A stretch of 64,000 bases of DNA, from assembly GCA_038087875.1 (NCBI GenBank), contig CM075992.1, forward strand, positions 11,658,001-11,722,000. Direction: 5' to 3'. Positions 1 to 12,310 of the stretch are shown here, in pieces (positions within the stretch are counted from its first letter, which is position 1; the number at the start of each line of letters is the position of its first letter). The notes under the pieces were generated by a model that saw only the letters and a program-made list of their open reading frames with translations, was not told the origin of the DNA and did not search any database. The stretch comes from Malacoraja senta. Its lineage: Eukaryota. The position numbers and the translations under genes were made by a program.

Positions 1-132
1 AACGAAGCCATGCATGCCTGCAGATTGGCTGAGGCCATTGACCCGCCAGACAGTCAGCGTGATTCGGACACTAAATCTATCAACCTGACTGGGTTCAATA
101 GACCGCGACCCTGATCTGATAATGTTCAATTT

Positions 133-2520
133 GTGCCTCGGCCCGGACCCGCATCTGGCGGTGTAACCCCCAAATGCCCGAACTGTAACTACATACATCC
201 CAGGCAGTCGCCATGCCCTGCCTTTGGTAAAGCCTGCAACTATTGCAAGAAATTAAACCATTTCTCTGCTGCCTGTCATTCTCGTGGGAATGCGCCACGA
301 GCTTCCAGACCTAACCTAAATATGCTGATGCAAGCTGATAACATGTATAGTTCTCCGTCCTTGCTCGACGCTGCCCACGCTGACGATCCAATTATCTCGC
401 AAGGGGAGGCGAGTGTGCATTCACTCCTTCACGCACCTGGCCGGCTACCCGATCCAACTGTCCTGATAACTGTCAACAATTCCAGCTTCCACGCTAAGCT
501 CGATACTGGGGCAAAAGTGAATGTAATGTCAATAAGCCATTTTAAGAAGATAAGGAATAATGAGCTAATGATTGCAGACCGTTCCACCCTGCACGCCTAT
601 GGAGGCGAGGTGCTGAGACTGCTGGGAAAAGCTACTTTCACTTGTGTGCTGAAAAAGACAACGCGTGCCTTGACTTTTTATGTTTTGAACTCTGACTGTG
701 TGACTCTGTTGGGCAACCAGGCATGCCAGGATCTGGGCCTGGTGTTGTTTGACAGAACGGTCCACAAGGTGATGATATCGGTAGACCCGGTAAAGGAATA
801 CCCAGACCTGTTTAATGATGAACTGGGCAAGCTGCCTATTACCTACAAAATTGCTACTGATCCAAAGGTGTTACCTGAAATTCGTGCACCACACAGAGTG
901 TCTCACGCCATGAAGGACAAAGTCGAGTCCATGTTGAATGACATGGTCACCATGGGGGTGCTAGAGGCGGTCAGTGAGCCCACCGAGTGGGTGTCCACCA
1001 TGGTCACCATGGGGGTGCTAGAGGCGGTCAGTGAGCCCACCGAGTGGGTGTCCACCATGGTCACCATGGGGGTGCTAGAGACGGTCAGTGAGCCCACCGA
1101 GTGGGTGTCCACCATGGTTGCCACGTTAAAAAAGGACAAGAATGAAATTCGCGTGTGTATCAACCCTAAAGACTTGAACCTTTCCATCAGGCTCCCCCAC
1201 TACCCCATGAGGACAGCTGAGGATGTTGCAGCCCAGGTCGGACAGGCCACCATCTTCTCTGTCCTCGACGCAAAAAGCTCGTTTTGGCAGATACCACTGG
1301 ACAAGGGGTCCTCGGATCTGACCACGTTTTCTACACCGTTCGGCAGATTCAAGTTCCTGCGAATGCCATTCGGCATCAACTCCGCCAGCGAGGTGTTCCA
1401 GAGGACCATGGAACAGCTGTTCGCTGGCCTCCCATGCACCATCATTGTTGATGACATCCTGGTCTACAGGAAAGACGTGGTGGAGCATGACCAGAACCTA
1501 CGACGTGTCCTGGAGCGGGCACGACAGATAAACCTCAAGCTCAACCCCAAGAAGTGCAGATTCCGGGTATCCGAGGTCACTTACGTTGGCCATGTTTTCA
1601 CTCCTGCCGGACTCAAGCCCGATCCTTTGAAAGCTGCCGCTATCACGGAGATGCCGGCCCCCACCGACGTGCTCAGACTACAGCGCTTCCTGGGCATGGT
1701 GAACTATCTTGGGAAATTTATTCCCAACCTCAGCGAACTGAGCTCGTCCCTGCGACAACTGACTAGAAAAGACACCGCCTGGGCCTGGTTCCCGCAGCAC
1801 CAGCAGACTTTCGATGCTTTAAAGTCTAAGCTGGTCAGCACTCCTATTCTGACGTTTTTCGACCTGAAGCGCCCCATCACTGTCACCTGTGATGCCTCGC
1901 GATTCGGGCTCGGCGCAGCCTGCCTGCAGTCCTCTGCAGATGGCTCCCTGCTTCCTGTCTCCTATGCCTCCCGCACCATGACCGACACCGAACAACGCTA
2001 TGCACAGATCAAAAAGGAGCTGCTCGCCGTCGTTTTCGCCTGCTCTAAGTTCAAGGACTTTCTTTTCGGGAATTCTTTCACGGTCGAGACTGAGCACCAG
2101 CCATTGGTGACCATCCTGAATAAGCCGATCCATGCCGCACCTGCCAGGCTGCAACGTATGATGATGCAGCTCCAGCGTTTCGACTTCACCATTGTCTACA
2201 AAAAGGGTACTGATATGCACGTTGCGGACACTCTCTCTCGCGCCCCTCGCGCTACCTGTGATCGACACCCCTACGAACGGGAAGACCTTCTGGTGCTAGG
2301 CGTTGACTTTGTCCCCACTAAGCAGCTTCAGTGCCTAGCCGAGCATACTGCCGCCGACCCCGCTCTGCAGCGACTTTCTTCATTGATAAAAAGGGGTTGG
2401 CCGAGCACCTGCTCAGAGGCTGATGTCCAGAACAACAAGACCACCGATTCCGATTTCTCAACACAAGCTGCTGCCTCGAATGCTGGAGCCTGCTTCCGTC
2501 CAGACGCGCATTCAGGCTAA
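133..2520 (+). pseudogene. pol: Gypsy gag-pol: zinc knuckle, aspartic protease, reverse transcriptase, RNase H; truncated after GWP by a deletion
   Basis: CNYCKKLNHFSAAC knuckle, LDTGA protease, LDAKSSFWQ / RMPFG / IVDD RT motifs, CDASRFGLGA and KELLA RNase H motifs. Confidence 0.92.
942..1118 (+). repeat. In-frame triple tandem repeat of 57 bp inside RT
   Basis: Unit catggtcaccatgggggtgctagaggcggtcagtgagcccaccgagtgggtgtccac starts at 942, 999 and 1056; peptide MVTMGVLEAVSEPTEWVST x3. Confidence 0.97.
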
Positions 2521-3087
2521 GCATGACATCCAGAGACGGTCACATGATAGACCGTGCAAGCCTCTCAAGCCTCTGCTGCCTGGACAGGCCATTCGTCTAC
2601 ATACTGCTAGCGGATATTCCCGTCTGGCCACCGTGGTTGGCATTGCCGATGCGCCTCGTTCGTACCTTGTGGACTTTGAAGGTACTGTCTACCGCAGGAG
2701 TCGTCAGCACCTGCTTGCTGTACAGGACCCGCTCCCGCCGGCAGCCGGACCTTACGCTCCGCCGCTGCAGTTCCAGCCATCCGCTGCTGATCCTGTTGCC
2801 GGCCCCTGCATGCCTCAGTCCCCTCGCGTGTTGGGTTCACCTCCGCGTGGGTCGCCCATTGCTAACCATTTTTCTAGCTCTCCTGCACGTCTGTCCCCCT
2901 TGCCGCTTTCTGTTTCCCCTCCGGCGTCGTCGCCTCCGGGTCTGGGTCTTTCTGGTGAGGGGGGGGAAGGGTTGGTCCGTACGAGCTCGGGCCGTGTCAG
3001 CAAGCAGCCTATTCGGTATGGTGATTTTGTTTGTCGTTGCCATAGTTACCCACCATGTTTAATCTTCTAAGGGGAAGGATGTAGATG

Positions 3088-3802
3088 TTTTTTTTTTTTT
3101 TTTTTTTTTAATTTATTTTATTTCTTGTCATTTGAACCTCGAAGAGGCTCAAACGAAACTCCGTTTCCACAGCCATACAAACAAAACAATTCCTACACGA
3201 CACACAAACAATTCAATTTACAGAAAAACATCCATCACAGTGAATCTCCTCCTCACTGTGATGGAAGGCAATGTCATTTCTCTCCCCTGCACCATTTTTC
3301 TCCCGATGTTGAAGCGCCAGGCGGGCAATGTTAAGTCCCACGGCCGTTGAGGCCGCGCCGGGCGGTGTACAGCTTCGCTCCGGGCCCAAAAGTCACAAAG
3401 TTGGAGCCCCGGTGGGCGCTGGAATGTCCCGCGGCTTTAACATTAAAGCCGCGCCGGGCGATTTACGGCCCCGCTCCGGGTCGTTCCAACCCCGCGACTC
3501 GAGCTGGAGAAGTTGCGTTGCGGGAGCTCCGGAAAGCGGTCTCTCACCCGGACCCGCGAGCTCCCGATGTCCCAGTCCACGGGTCTGCAGCTGAAGCTGG
3601 AGCTCCGGAGTGAGCAGCAACGAGTCACCACCGCTCCCCGCGCTGCGAGGACGGCCAGCCCCACGATGGTAAGTCCGCAGCTCCACAGGCTCCGCGACTG
3701 GAGCCCCCAGGTCGTCCCGGTCGGAGGCCGCTCCACGGAGCTAGGCCCCAACGATAACGGAGACCCGACAGGGAAAAGGTCGGGTCTCCCGTGCAGGAAT
3801 AG
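3088..3802 (-). mobile_element. Non-coding GC-rich poly(A)-tailed retroposon inserted 8 nt inside the Gypsy 3' LTR
   Basis: T-run 3088-3119 (poly-A on minus), GC-rich body with internal repeats, LTR sequence continues on both sides (tgtagatg | tttatgcatgc). Confidence 0.75.
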
Positions 3803-3997
3803 GTTTATGCATGCAACCAATCACATAGCTACCTCCCCACTACTAACCCCGCCTTAAGTATCATTTATAATAACGCCTGCTTCTCCTTCTGCGCAGTACA
3901 GTAGCAGACTGGAGTCCGTGACTACTCATGTGATGTTTAACTCTGTATACTTATTAAAGACTATTATAATGCTACACGTGTGTAATGACTATTTACA

Positions 3998-5175
3998 ATA
4001 ACAACAAAGCAAAGAGATAAAATGTAAACAAGGACAGTAAGACTGGTCGGAGAACTGGGAAGAGGGAAAGGATGGAGAGAGAAGGAAGGCAAAGGTTACT
4101 TGAAGTTAGAGAAGTCAATATTCATACCGCTGGGGTGTAAGCTGAGTTTTTGTTCCTCTCATTTGCGCTGGGCCTCACTATGACAATGGAGGAGGCCCAG
4201 GACAGAAAGGTCAGTGTGGGAATGGGAGGGAGAGTTAAAGTGTTTAGGAACTGGGAGATCAGGTAGGTTGCGGTGGACTGAGCGGAGATGTTCAGTGAAA
4301 CGATCGGCGAGTCTCATCGATATATACGAGTCCACACCTGGAACAGTGGATACAGTAGATGAGGTTGGAGGAGGAACAAGTGAACCTCTGCCTCACCTAA
4401 AAAGATTGTCGGGGTCCTAGGACGGAGTCGTGGAGGGAGGTATTGGGACAGGTGTTGCATCTCCTGCGGTTGCAGGGGAAGGTAACTGGGGAGGGGGTGG
4501 TTTGGTTGGGAAGGGACGAGTTAACCAGGGAGTTGCGGAGAGAACGGTCCATGTGGAAAGCAGAAAGGGGTGGAGATGGGAAGATGTGGCTAGTGGTGGG
4601 ATCACATTGGAGGTGGCAAAAATGCCCGAGGATTATGTGCTGTTTATGTGACGGCTGTTGGGGTAAAAGGTGAGGACTATGGGGACTCTGTCCATGTTGC
4701 AACTGGGAGGGGGGGAGCAAGAGTGGAGCTGCAGGATATTGAGGAGACTCATCAATGATTGAAGAGATGAACCCCTGTTCCCTAAAGAATGAGGACATCT
4801 CAGATCTCCTGGTATGGAACACCTCACCTTGGCCGCAGATATGGCGTAGATGGAGGAATTGGGAGTAGGGGATTGAGTCTCTACAGGAAGTAGGGTCAGA
4901 AAAGTGTAGTCTAGATAGCTGTGGGAGTCAGTGGGTTCACACTAAATGTCTGCTGATAGTTTATCTCCTACAATGGAATCAGTGAGATCAGGAAATGGTT
5001 GGGAGATGTCATAGATGGTCCAAGTAAATTTGAGTGCAGACATAGCTGGGGCCCACGCGGGTGCCTATGGCTACGCCTTGGATTTGGAGGAAGTTGGAGG
5101 AGTTGAAGAAGAAGTTATTAAGAGTAAGGACCAGCTCTGCTAGGCAAAGGAGTGTGTTGGTGGAGGGAAATTGAT
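3998..5175 (-). mobile_element. Penelope-like element fragment (RT C-terminus plus GIY-YIG region), decayed
   Basis: Minus ORF 4397-4822 contains FPCNRRRCNTCP, the Cys motif preceding PLE GIY-YIG domains; 3' part is the reverse complement of 5283-5560. Confidence 0.8.
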
Positions 5176-5279
5176 GTTCTACATGTTAAAAAAAAGACTT
5201 TAATATGTAACAACAAAATTCCAGCAAGGAGGCTGCTTGATATTACAAAAATAGAGGCAGAAATAGTGCCAGTAACACC

Positions 5280-5715
5280 TCCGCTCAGTCCGTCTAAACC
5301 TACCTGATCTCCCGGTGGCTCAGCACTTCAACTCCCCCTCCCATTCCCAATCTGACCTTTCTGTCCTGGGCCTCCTTCATTGTCAGAGTGAGCCCCAGCA
5401 CAAATTGGAGGAACATCACCACATATTTTGCTTGGGTAGCTTACACCCCAGTGGTATGAACATTGACTTCTCCAACTTCAGATATCCCTAGCTTTCCCTC
5501 TCTATCCCCTCCCCTTCCCAGTTCTCCCACTAGTCTTACTGTTTCCGACTACAATCTATCTTTGTCCCGCCCCCTCCCCAGACAGCAGAAGAAGGGTCTC
5601 GACCCGAAATACCACCCATTCCTTCTCTCCAGTGATGCTGCCTGTACCATTGAGTTACTCCAGCATTTTGTGTCTACCTTCAATTTAAACCAGCATCTGC
5701 AGTTCTTTCCTACAC
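5280..5715 (+). mobile_element. Penelope-like 3' segment/pLTR, inverted relative to 3998-5175, with degenerate hammerhead motif at ~5586-5612
   Basis: Reverse-complement match to ~4035-4285; ends with cagaagaagggtctcgacccgaaat...ccagcattttgtgtc...ccagcatctgcagtt. Confidence 0.78.
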
Positions 5716-6169
5716 ATAAATCCCCATGCTCTGTTACTTGGTTTGATGTTGAGAGCTTGGATTGGTCAGTCCTATTTCTACCACAGTGTCTCCCTACAAG
5801 TAACTGTATTCAATGTTTGCCCTTCCTGTTGACAGAAATTAAATCCAATCCAATCTCAAATATCCAAAGTTCACACTAACCATTGGTCCTCCATTCACAT
5901 TAGTTTTATGCTATCCTACTTTTGCATCCACTCCCTACACACCAGGGGCAATGTATGAAGACCGATTAACATGGAACATTCAACAATACAACACAAGAGA
6001 GACCCTTTGGCCCACAATGTCTGCACTGAACATGATGCCAAGACACTTATCTGTCTGCACATAATTCATATCCCTCCATTCCCTGCATATCCATGTGCCT
6101 ATGTAAAAGTCTCTTAAATGCCATCTTTGTGTCTGCCTCCACCACCACCACCCTCAGCAGTAAACTACA

Positions 6170-6345
6170 ACCTATAAACCTACAAACTTGCATATCTTTG
6201 CAATATTGGAAATAGCAGGAGCACCCAGAGGAAACCCACACAGTCACAGGGAGAATGGACAAACTCCAGACAGCACCCGGGGTCAGGATCGAACCCAGGT
6301 CTCTGGCGCTGTGAGGCAGCAACTCTACCAGCTGCACCACAGTGC
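6170..6345 (-). mobile_element. tRNA-derived SINE (HE1/V-SINE type)
   Basis: Minus strand gtggtgcagctggtagagttgctgcctcacagcgccagagacctgggttcgatcc (A/B boxes) followed by tgggtttcctctgggtgctcc core. Confidence 0.85.
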
Positions 6346-6619
6346 GATGCATTAGCATTATTTTCAAAATCAGAGATCATCCAGTCAGAGCAAGAATGAG
6401 AAGAAATTTCTTCAAGCGGTAGGTCATCAGCCTCAGAAGTTCCTGTCTAATGAAGGCTGTGACTGGTCAGGTCCAGAGGGATGTTGCTGCTAGATTGTGT
6501 CTCTGTGAATAGTGAACGGATCAATGCGAGGGATCAACCTTGTTCTCCATCTTATCTACCTGTTCACAATAGCATTGGTACAAGTGACCAACACTGTCCT
6601 TGTGGAGATCAACTGCCCA

Positions 6620-6925
6620 GTACAGTGGCACAGCGATAGAGTAGTTGACTTGCAGTGCCAGAGACCCGGGTTCGATCTTGACTATGGGTGCTGTCTGTAC
6701 GGATTTTGTATGTTCTCCCTATGACTGAATGTGTTTTCTCCGGGTACGCTGCTTTCCTCCCACATTCCAAAGACATGTAGGTTTGTAGGTTAATTGGCTT
6801 CTGTAAATTGTCCCTAGTGTGTAGGATAGAACTAGAGTACCGGTGACCGTGGGTCAGAGTGAACTCAGTGGGCCATAGGGCCCGTTTACACTCTGTATCA
6901 CTAAACTAACCTACACTAAACTACA
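6620..6925 (+). mobile_element. tRNA-derived SINE (HE1/V-SINE type), near full length
   Basis: ggcacagcgatagagt...cccgggttcgatc head, tttcctcccacattccaaagac core, (ctaaa)n tail. Confidence 0.88.
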
Positions 6926-7249
6926 TTTTCTGAAGCATTTCTAATTTCTATATAGTAGAGAGTCAGGGCCTATCTGGCAGCTCCAAGTTGTGCATCATGA
7001 GGCATGGTGGGGCTTCAATGGCATACACATTCACCAGCACCATCTGTAACCATATGGCCCATACACCCTCACTCGATTAATTCTCTCCAACCAGGCAGTC
7101 GACGTTGGCTCAGGCAGGGCATCTACACCTGATGTATCCAGGAATGAGATGGCACACTAATGAAACTGCAAAGTTAAACCATGCAGGAGACAGGGCCAAG
7201 TCGACATAGTGGATCTTTCTGGAGACCAACATCCCTACCACACCTAGTC

Positions 7250-8530
7250 ATGAATGATGCTCATGAATTGTGTGCTGAAGGCAACGCTGAAGCTTTGCAC
7301 CAGACCCAGTTAGAAGTAACAAGTGACTGATGCATCTGAGTTCCTCCTGAGATCTCCAGTATCTCAGAAGCTGGTCTTCAGCCAGTTCAGTTCACTCGAG
7401 CCGATAAAGAAATGGCTGTAAGCATTGGACAGAATAAAGGTTGGGTGATCAGATAACATCCTTGCTGTAGTGTTAAAGAGCTGCTCTCTAAATCAAGCTG
7501 TACCTGTAGTCAAACTGATCCAGTGTAGGTCTAGCATTGGTATCTACCCTACCAGTGGGGTGAATTACCCAGGTGATGTCCTGCCACAAAAAGCAGGACA
7601 AATGAATACAGCTACTTGGTGCGCGATCATCATCAAAGTGATGGGAGGAGACATAGAAGGTGCTTTCATCAATCACTCACTAGCTGATTCCCACTTTGGG
7701 ATTCACAAAACCGAGGATGGAGCCAAGAGGCCTATAGTGCGTGCCCCTGACAGCAAAGCAGTATTTGATGGAGTGTGACATTAAGCAGCATCTGGTAAAC
7801 CAGGTCAGTGTGCATCAAAGTGAAAACATTCCAATGGATGGAGTCAGATCTCACTCGTGGAAAGGCAGTTGTGGTCATTGGAGGTCAATAATCCCACCCC
7901 AGGGACATCACTGCAGGAGTTGCTCAGGGCAGTATCCTCGGCACAACCATCTCAGCTGCTTCCATCAGGAGATCAGAGGTTGGAATGTTTGTTGATGGAT
8001 GCACAATGTCCCATTCCTGTGACAACTCCACAGCAAATGAAGCAGCCTCTGGCTGCAGGCAGCAAGGTGTAGACAACATTCAGTGTCACATGACATTCAC
8101 ACCACAAATGCCAGGTAATGACTGTCTCCAGTCGAACCACCTGGCTGGACATCTCCTGGCACCTGCATCAGCTCTGGAGACCACAAAACCTTTCCACCAT
8201 CTACAAGGGACAAGTCAGGAATGTGGCCAAATACATGGTCAACATCTCTCAAGAGTTTGACAACATCCACAATGAAGCATTCCCCTTGATTAGTACCCCA
8301 CCTATCACACTGAACACTGACTTTCTCCACTATTGGTGCCCAGTGATTTGAGTTTCATTCATTAGTTACTCACCCAGGCTGCTCCAAACCCATGACTTTT
8401 ACCACCAAGAAGCACAAGAGTTTCAAGCACATGGGAACATGACAATTTTGTCCCTGTCTAAATTACACCCCCTCCTGACTTGCAAATAACCTTCAGTGAA
8501 TTAAGCTTCATCACTGGGTCTAAGTCTGAG
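7250..8530 (+). mobile_element. Old decayed LINE RT region (CR1/L2 group)
   Basis: Degenerate RT-like words (AVFDGV.H, QGSILG, MFVDGC) scattered across frames, many stops. Confidence 0.5.
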
Positions 8531-8559
8531 AACTTCTTCTCAGCAGCAGGCATGTGGGT

Positions 8560-8880
8560 AGTAGAGTGGTGCAGCTGGTAGATCAACTGCCTCACAACGC
8601 CAGAGACCCGGGTTTGATATTGTCCTCGTGTGCTGTCTGTGTGGAGTTTGCAAGTTCTCCACATAGGTTTCCTCCGGGTGCTCTAGTTTCCTCCCACATC
8701 CCAAAGAAGTGCTGGTTTGTAGGTTCATTGGACTGTAAATTGACCCCAGTGTGTAGTCAATGGATGTGCAAGTGGGATAACATAGACCTCGTGTGAACGT
8801 GTGATCGATGGTTGACCAGCGAGGACTCAATGGGCCAAAGGACCTGTTTCCATGCGGTATCTTTCAATCAATTTGATCAA
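8560..8880 (+). mobile_element. tRNA-derived SINE (HE1/V-SINE type)
   Basis: gtggtgcagctggtaga...cagagacccgggtttgat head and conserved core. Confidence 0.85.
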
Positions 8881-9196
8881 ACACTGTGGAACCACCTTCA
8901 ACAGGGCTGCATAGTTTACGATAGGGCCACCACCACCATGAACCAACAGGGATGGTCTCTAGACAATGCCAGGGAATTACATAATGATTCTGGGCTGGTG
9001 CAGGTAAGTGGCTCTGAGGTAAAGGACAGTATTACTGAATGGTGGAGTAGACATGTGGGATGAATGGCCTACTCCTGCTTCTGAAACATAGAAAATAGGT
9101 GCAGGGGAAGGCCATGCAGCCCTTCGAGCCAGTACCGCCATTCACCGTGATCATGGCTGATCGTCCCCCAACAATAACCCGTGCCTGCCCTCTCCC

Positions 9197-10907
9197 CAAT
9201 GTTACAAAGTTTTGAGATTTTAAAAATCTAGTCTGCAATTTATCCCATCAAATAAAGCATAAAAAGAAGTTTAATTTGACACCTAATTCACTTTCATATC
9301 TTCAGTATTAAAAAAGTTATGGCCATTTTCATACTCGGAAATTAGCATCTTGTTCCCTATTGCTTTTCCATTGACTTAACAAAGAAGCTGTGATCAAGGA
9401 CAGTCAAAAGCCCATAACTTTCTTAAAAATTAAGAGAACTGAATGAAATTTTCAGTTATTATAGATTGAAGCATTCTGAAACAAAGATGAAACAATGTTA
9501 CTTGGATGACCTGAAATTAAAGCATTAAATTAATTAGTTACCCAATTGTAGCTAATTACAAAATTCAATTACTAGATCTAAACATCTATCAATTTCTTAA
9601 GAAAAGGTTAACATTTTTAAAAAGCCTAAAAGGCCTGTCTCACGAGTCTGCGGTCATTGGCGGCGAAACGGGAAGAATCTACCGCTCCTGGGCTGCCATA
9701 GACCGCGCACTCGGTCAAACGCACAATTCCGGGGCCATGCGGCGTTGCTCCCAACACCGCATGGTGCTAAAATAAAACCAACACTGTTCAAAAATATGTC
9801 CCTACTGCACAGCCTCTGCCAGTGAGGCATGAGTGCGGCACGGCCGCCGCCACAGCCGCCGCCAGCGTGGTTCGAGCGCCGTGCGTCGAACTTGCACCGC
9901 CATAGCCTCCGCCAGTGAGGCACGCGTGCGGCACGGCCGCCGCCACAGCCACCGCTACAGCGCCGCGATCAGGACGACCGCCGCCACAGCCGCTGCTAGT
10001 GAGTCACGTGTGCGGCACGGCCGCCACCACAGCCATCGCTACAGTGCCGCGATCAGGACGGCCGCCGCCACAGCCCCGCAGATCCAAAATGACGTCATCG
10101 CAGTCGGCCCGCCCTTTTTTTTACTTACCGCAAGCACGTGGGACCAGCCGTATTTAAATCACTCGGCCCCCGCGCAGCATCCGTGCGGCGCTCCCGTGGC
10201 ATAGGCTCGGCGCTCTCGCCGTTGCCGTGCGGTGCACTCTACAGGCGAAGCCGCGCTTCACCGCCGATGACCGCAACACCGTAAGACAGAGCCTTAAGTG
10301 TCCAAATAACATTCACACAAGAATTCACAATATAACACGATTTTTAAATCTCATTGTTATGAATTGAGAGGCCAAATGGAAGGAATTTAGTGTTTAATTC
10401 CTGTAAATTAATGGCCATTTAAATCACCTTGCGAGTGGTATTTTGTGGAATGCGCTGGTTTGGATCGTTGCATTTGCACTGAATTAAACCCCAATATCGG
10501 CAGGAAAAATACTGCCGGTTGGTATATTTAAATAATGACATTTTCGCAACTTTAAATTTTTATTAAAGGCATCCTAAGAAGCAAGTTTATATGAAAAAAT
10601 AAACGCCGTTTTTTTACCTGTCCCGTGCGTGAAATCCGTCCCCGTTGTCGGCTTTGACGGCTTTAGAAGATGCTTGTTAATTTACTCCTGTTATGAAATT
10701 ATTCAGTCCAGTTTAAAATAAATTTAATAAAACCGAGGTCGAAGCAATTTTTCTTCAGCTTCTAAACAGCCTTTTCAAAATCGATTTGAATAGTCTGGAG
10801 AAATACCGCATTTTAAACCCGCTCCCCTCTCAAAGGCGCCAAAGTCGCGCACACGGGCAGTGACAGAACTGCAGCGTCGCTGAAGGTAAGTTTTGTAACA
10901 TACCTAC
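9197..10907. mobile_element. Non-autonomous AT-rich DNA element with short imperfect terminal inverted repeats (atgttacaaa ... tttgtaacat)
   Basis: Interrupts the CR1 3'UTR; a second copy of its left part lies at 54244-54780; no ORF. Confidence 0.75.
9630..10294. mobile_element. PIF/Harbinger-type MITE, GC-rich with internal ccgccgccacag repeats
   Basis: Imperfect ~40-bp TIRs (aggcctgtctcacg...gcggtcattggcggcgaa / ttcaccgccgatgaccgc...cgtaagacagagcct), TAA on both sides (9627-9629, 10295-10297); absent from the 54244 copy of the host element. Confidence 0.8.
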
Positions 10908-11339
10908 CATATCCCCTGACTCCACTAGCCCCCAGAGCCCTATCTAACTCTCTTAAATCAATCCAGTGACTTGACCTCCACTGCCCTCTGTGGCAGGGAA
11001 TTCCATAAATTCACAACTCTCTGGGTGATAAAGTTTTTTCTCACCTCAGACTTAAATGACCTCCCCTTTATTCTAAGACTGTGGCCCCTGGTTCTGGACT
11101 CGCCTAACATTGGGAACATTTTTCCTGCATCTAGCTTGTCCAGTCCTTTCATAATTTTATATCTTTCTATAAGATCCCCCCTCACCCTTCTAAACTCCAG
11201 TGAATACTAGCCTAGTCTTTTCAATCTTTCCTCATATGACCGTCCCGCCATCCCAGGGATCAATCTCGTGAACCAACGCTGCACTGCCTCAATCACAAGG
11301 ATGTCCTTCCTGAAATTAGGAGACCAAAACTGGTCTCTG

Positions 11340-12310
11340 AGTCTTCCAAGTTGGTGTTTCTCTTCTTCTTCCAATTCTTCTGTTTCTATGTCTGCCAATT
11401 TGGTGTAATTCTGGTGTAATAGATTCACACGGTAAGGGACAATGGAAAACATCATAATGATCATCACCAGTCCTGAGAGATTGTTGTTGAAAAATTCCAG
11501 CCCATTCCTGAATCTTGAGAGCAAATTCATCCAGTTCCAGGTTTTGAAGCCAGTTCAATCCCAGACATTGAGGAGAGCAGATCAAATGCATTCCAGGAGA
11601 TCTAGAGTAAATCGACCCCCAGCATTGAGCAGGTTCCATCAGCTCAGCACTGGATTATGATCGGGGTAAATGCCACATGTATATTGAATGGAAACATTTG
11701 GACAGGTTATTCCATTTGCTGGCTTGCAAACGATAAACCTTTGCTTCATCTGCTCCGTCTCCCATCATCCTCCAGTCATAGCTCTGGCTCCCTACACTCC
11801 GCACTGTTTCATCACATGAGCTGCCACATCCATCCAGTCCCACGCTGCTGCCCCATGTCAGGTGATACACCCAGAATGCAACGCAAGGAAGGCAAGCCAC
11901 CAATCAAACATCAGCCTGCACTCACCTCTGATCACATTTAACTGGCAAACAAATACATTTCTCCAAAGTAGAAAAGAAAAGGATCCACCTGAAGAATTTT
12001 ATTCCCAATTGCTGACATTGACCAGGAAATTAATCTTTGTGTCTCTGCTCCTGAATCACATTTGATGTCTGCCCGTTGCCGTGGCGATGAGGGTAAGCAC
12101 TCAATATTTAACATTTCCCTTGTACAGATGTTGCTGCCGTTGTCCTTATCTCCTACAAACATCGGGACTCTCTTATGGAACCGAAACTTATGGAAGGCAG
12201 CGAGAATGAAAGCAAGCTGGGGCTGAACTCGGAAGTTGTTACTGCCGCAGTAACGAACACAGGCAGGAGCCACCTCCTGGAACCAGTCACTCTCACCTTC
12301 GGCAACAAGA
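11340..12310 (-). mobile_element. Possible highly decayed Gypsy gag/protease remnant
   Basis: LGLNWLQNLELD resembles the Gypsy protease C-terminal LG.DWL..L.LD motif; CFHSIYMWHLPRS resembles a decayed zinc knuckle. Confidence 0.3.

Larger units (their letters stand above)
1..3997 (+). mobile_element. Gypsy LTR retrotransposon, 5' end outside the window, integrase core deleted, 3' LTR interrupted by an insertion
   Basis: gag-pol ORF 133-2520, integrase C-terminal tail 2423-3070, polypurine tract aaggggaagga 3069-3079, LTR starting tgtagatg at 3080, resuming at ~3803 and ending tttaca at 3997; LTR termini resemble those of the 13651-15765 element. Confidence 0.92.
9085..11332 (-). mobile_element. 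CR1 LINE 3' fragment interrupted by a nested DNA element (9197-10907)
   Basis: ORF2 C-terminus MRGDLIE...RTRGHSLRI...QRVVNLWNSLP; 3'UTR tctcccca|tatcccctgac is split by the insertion. Confidence 0.9.

Noticed and set aside
6170..6925. tRNA genes suggested by A/B-box sequences
   Set aside because: They are SINE heads followed by the SINE core and tail; many degenerate copies occur in the window
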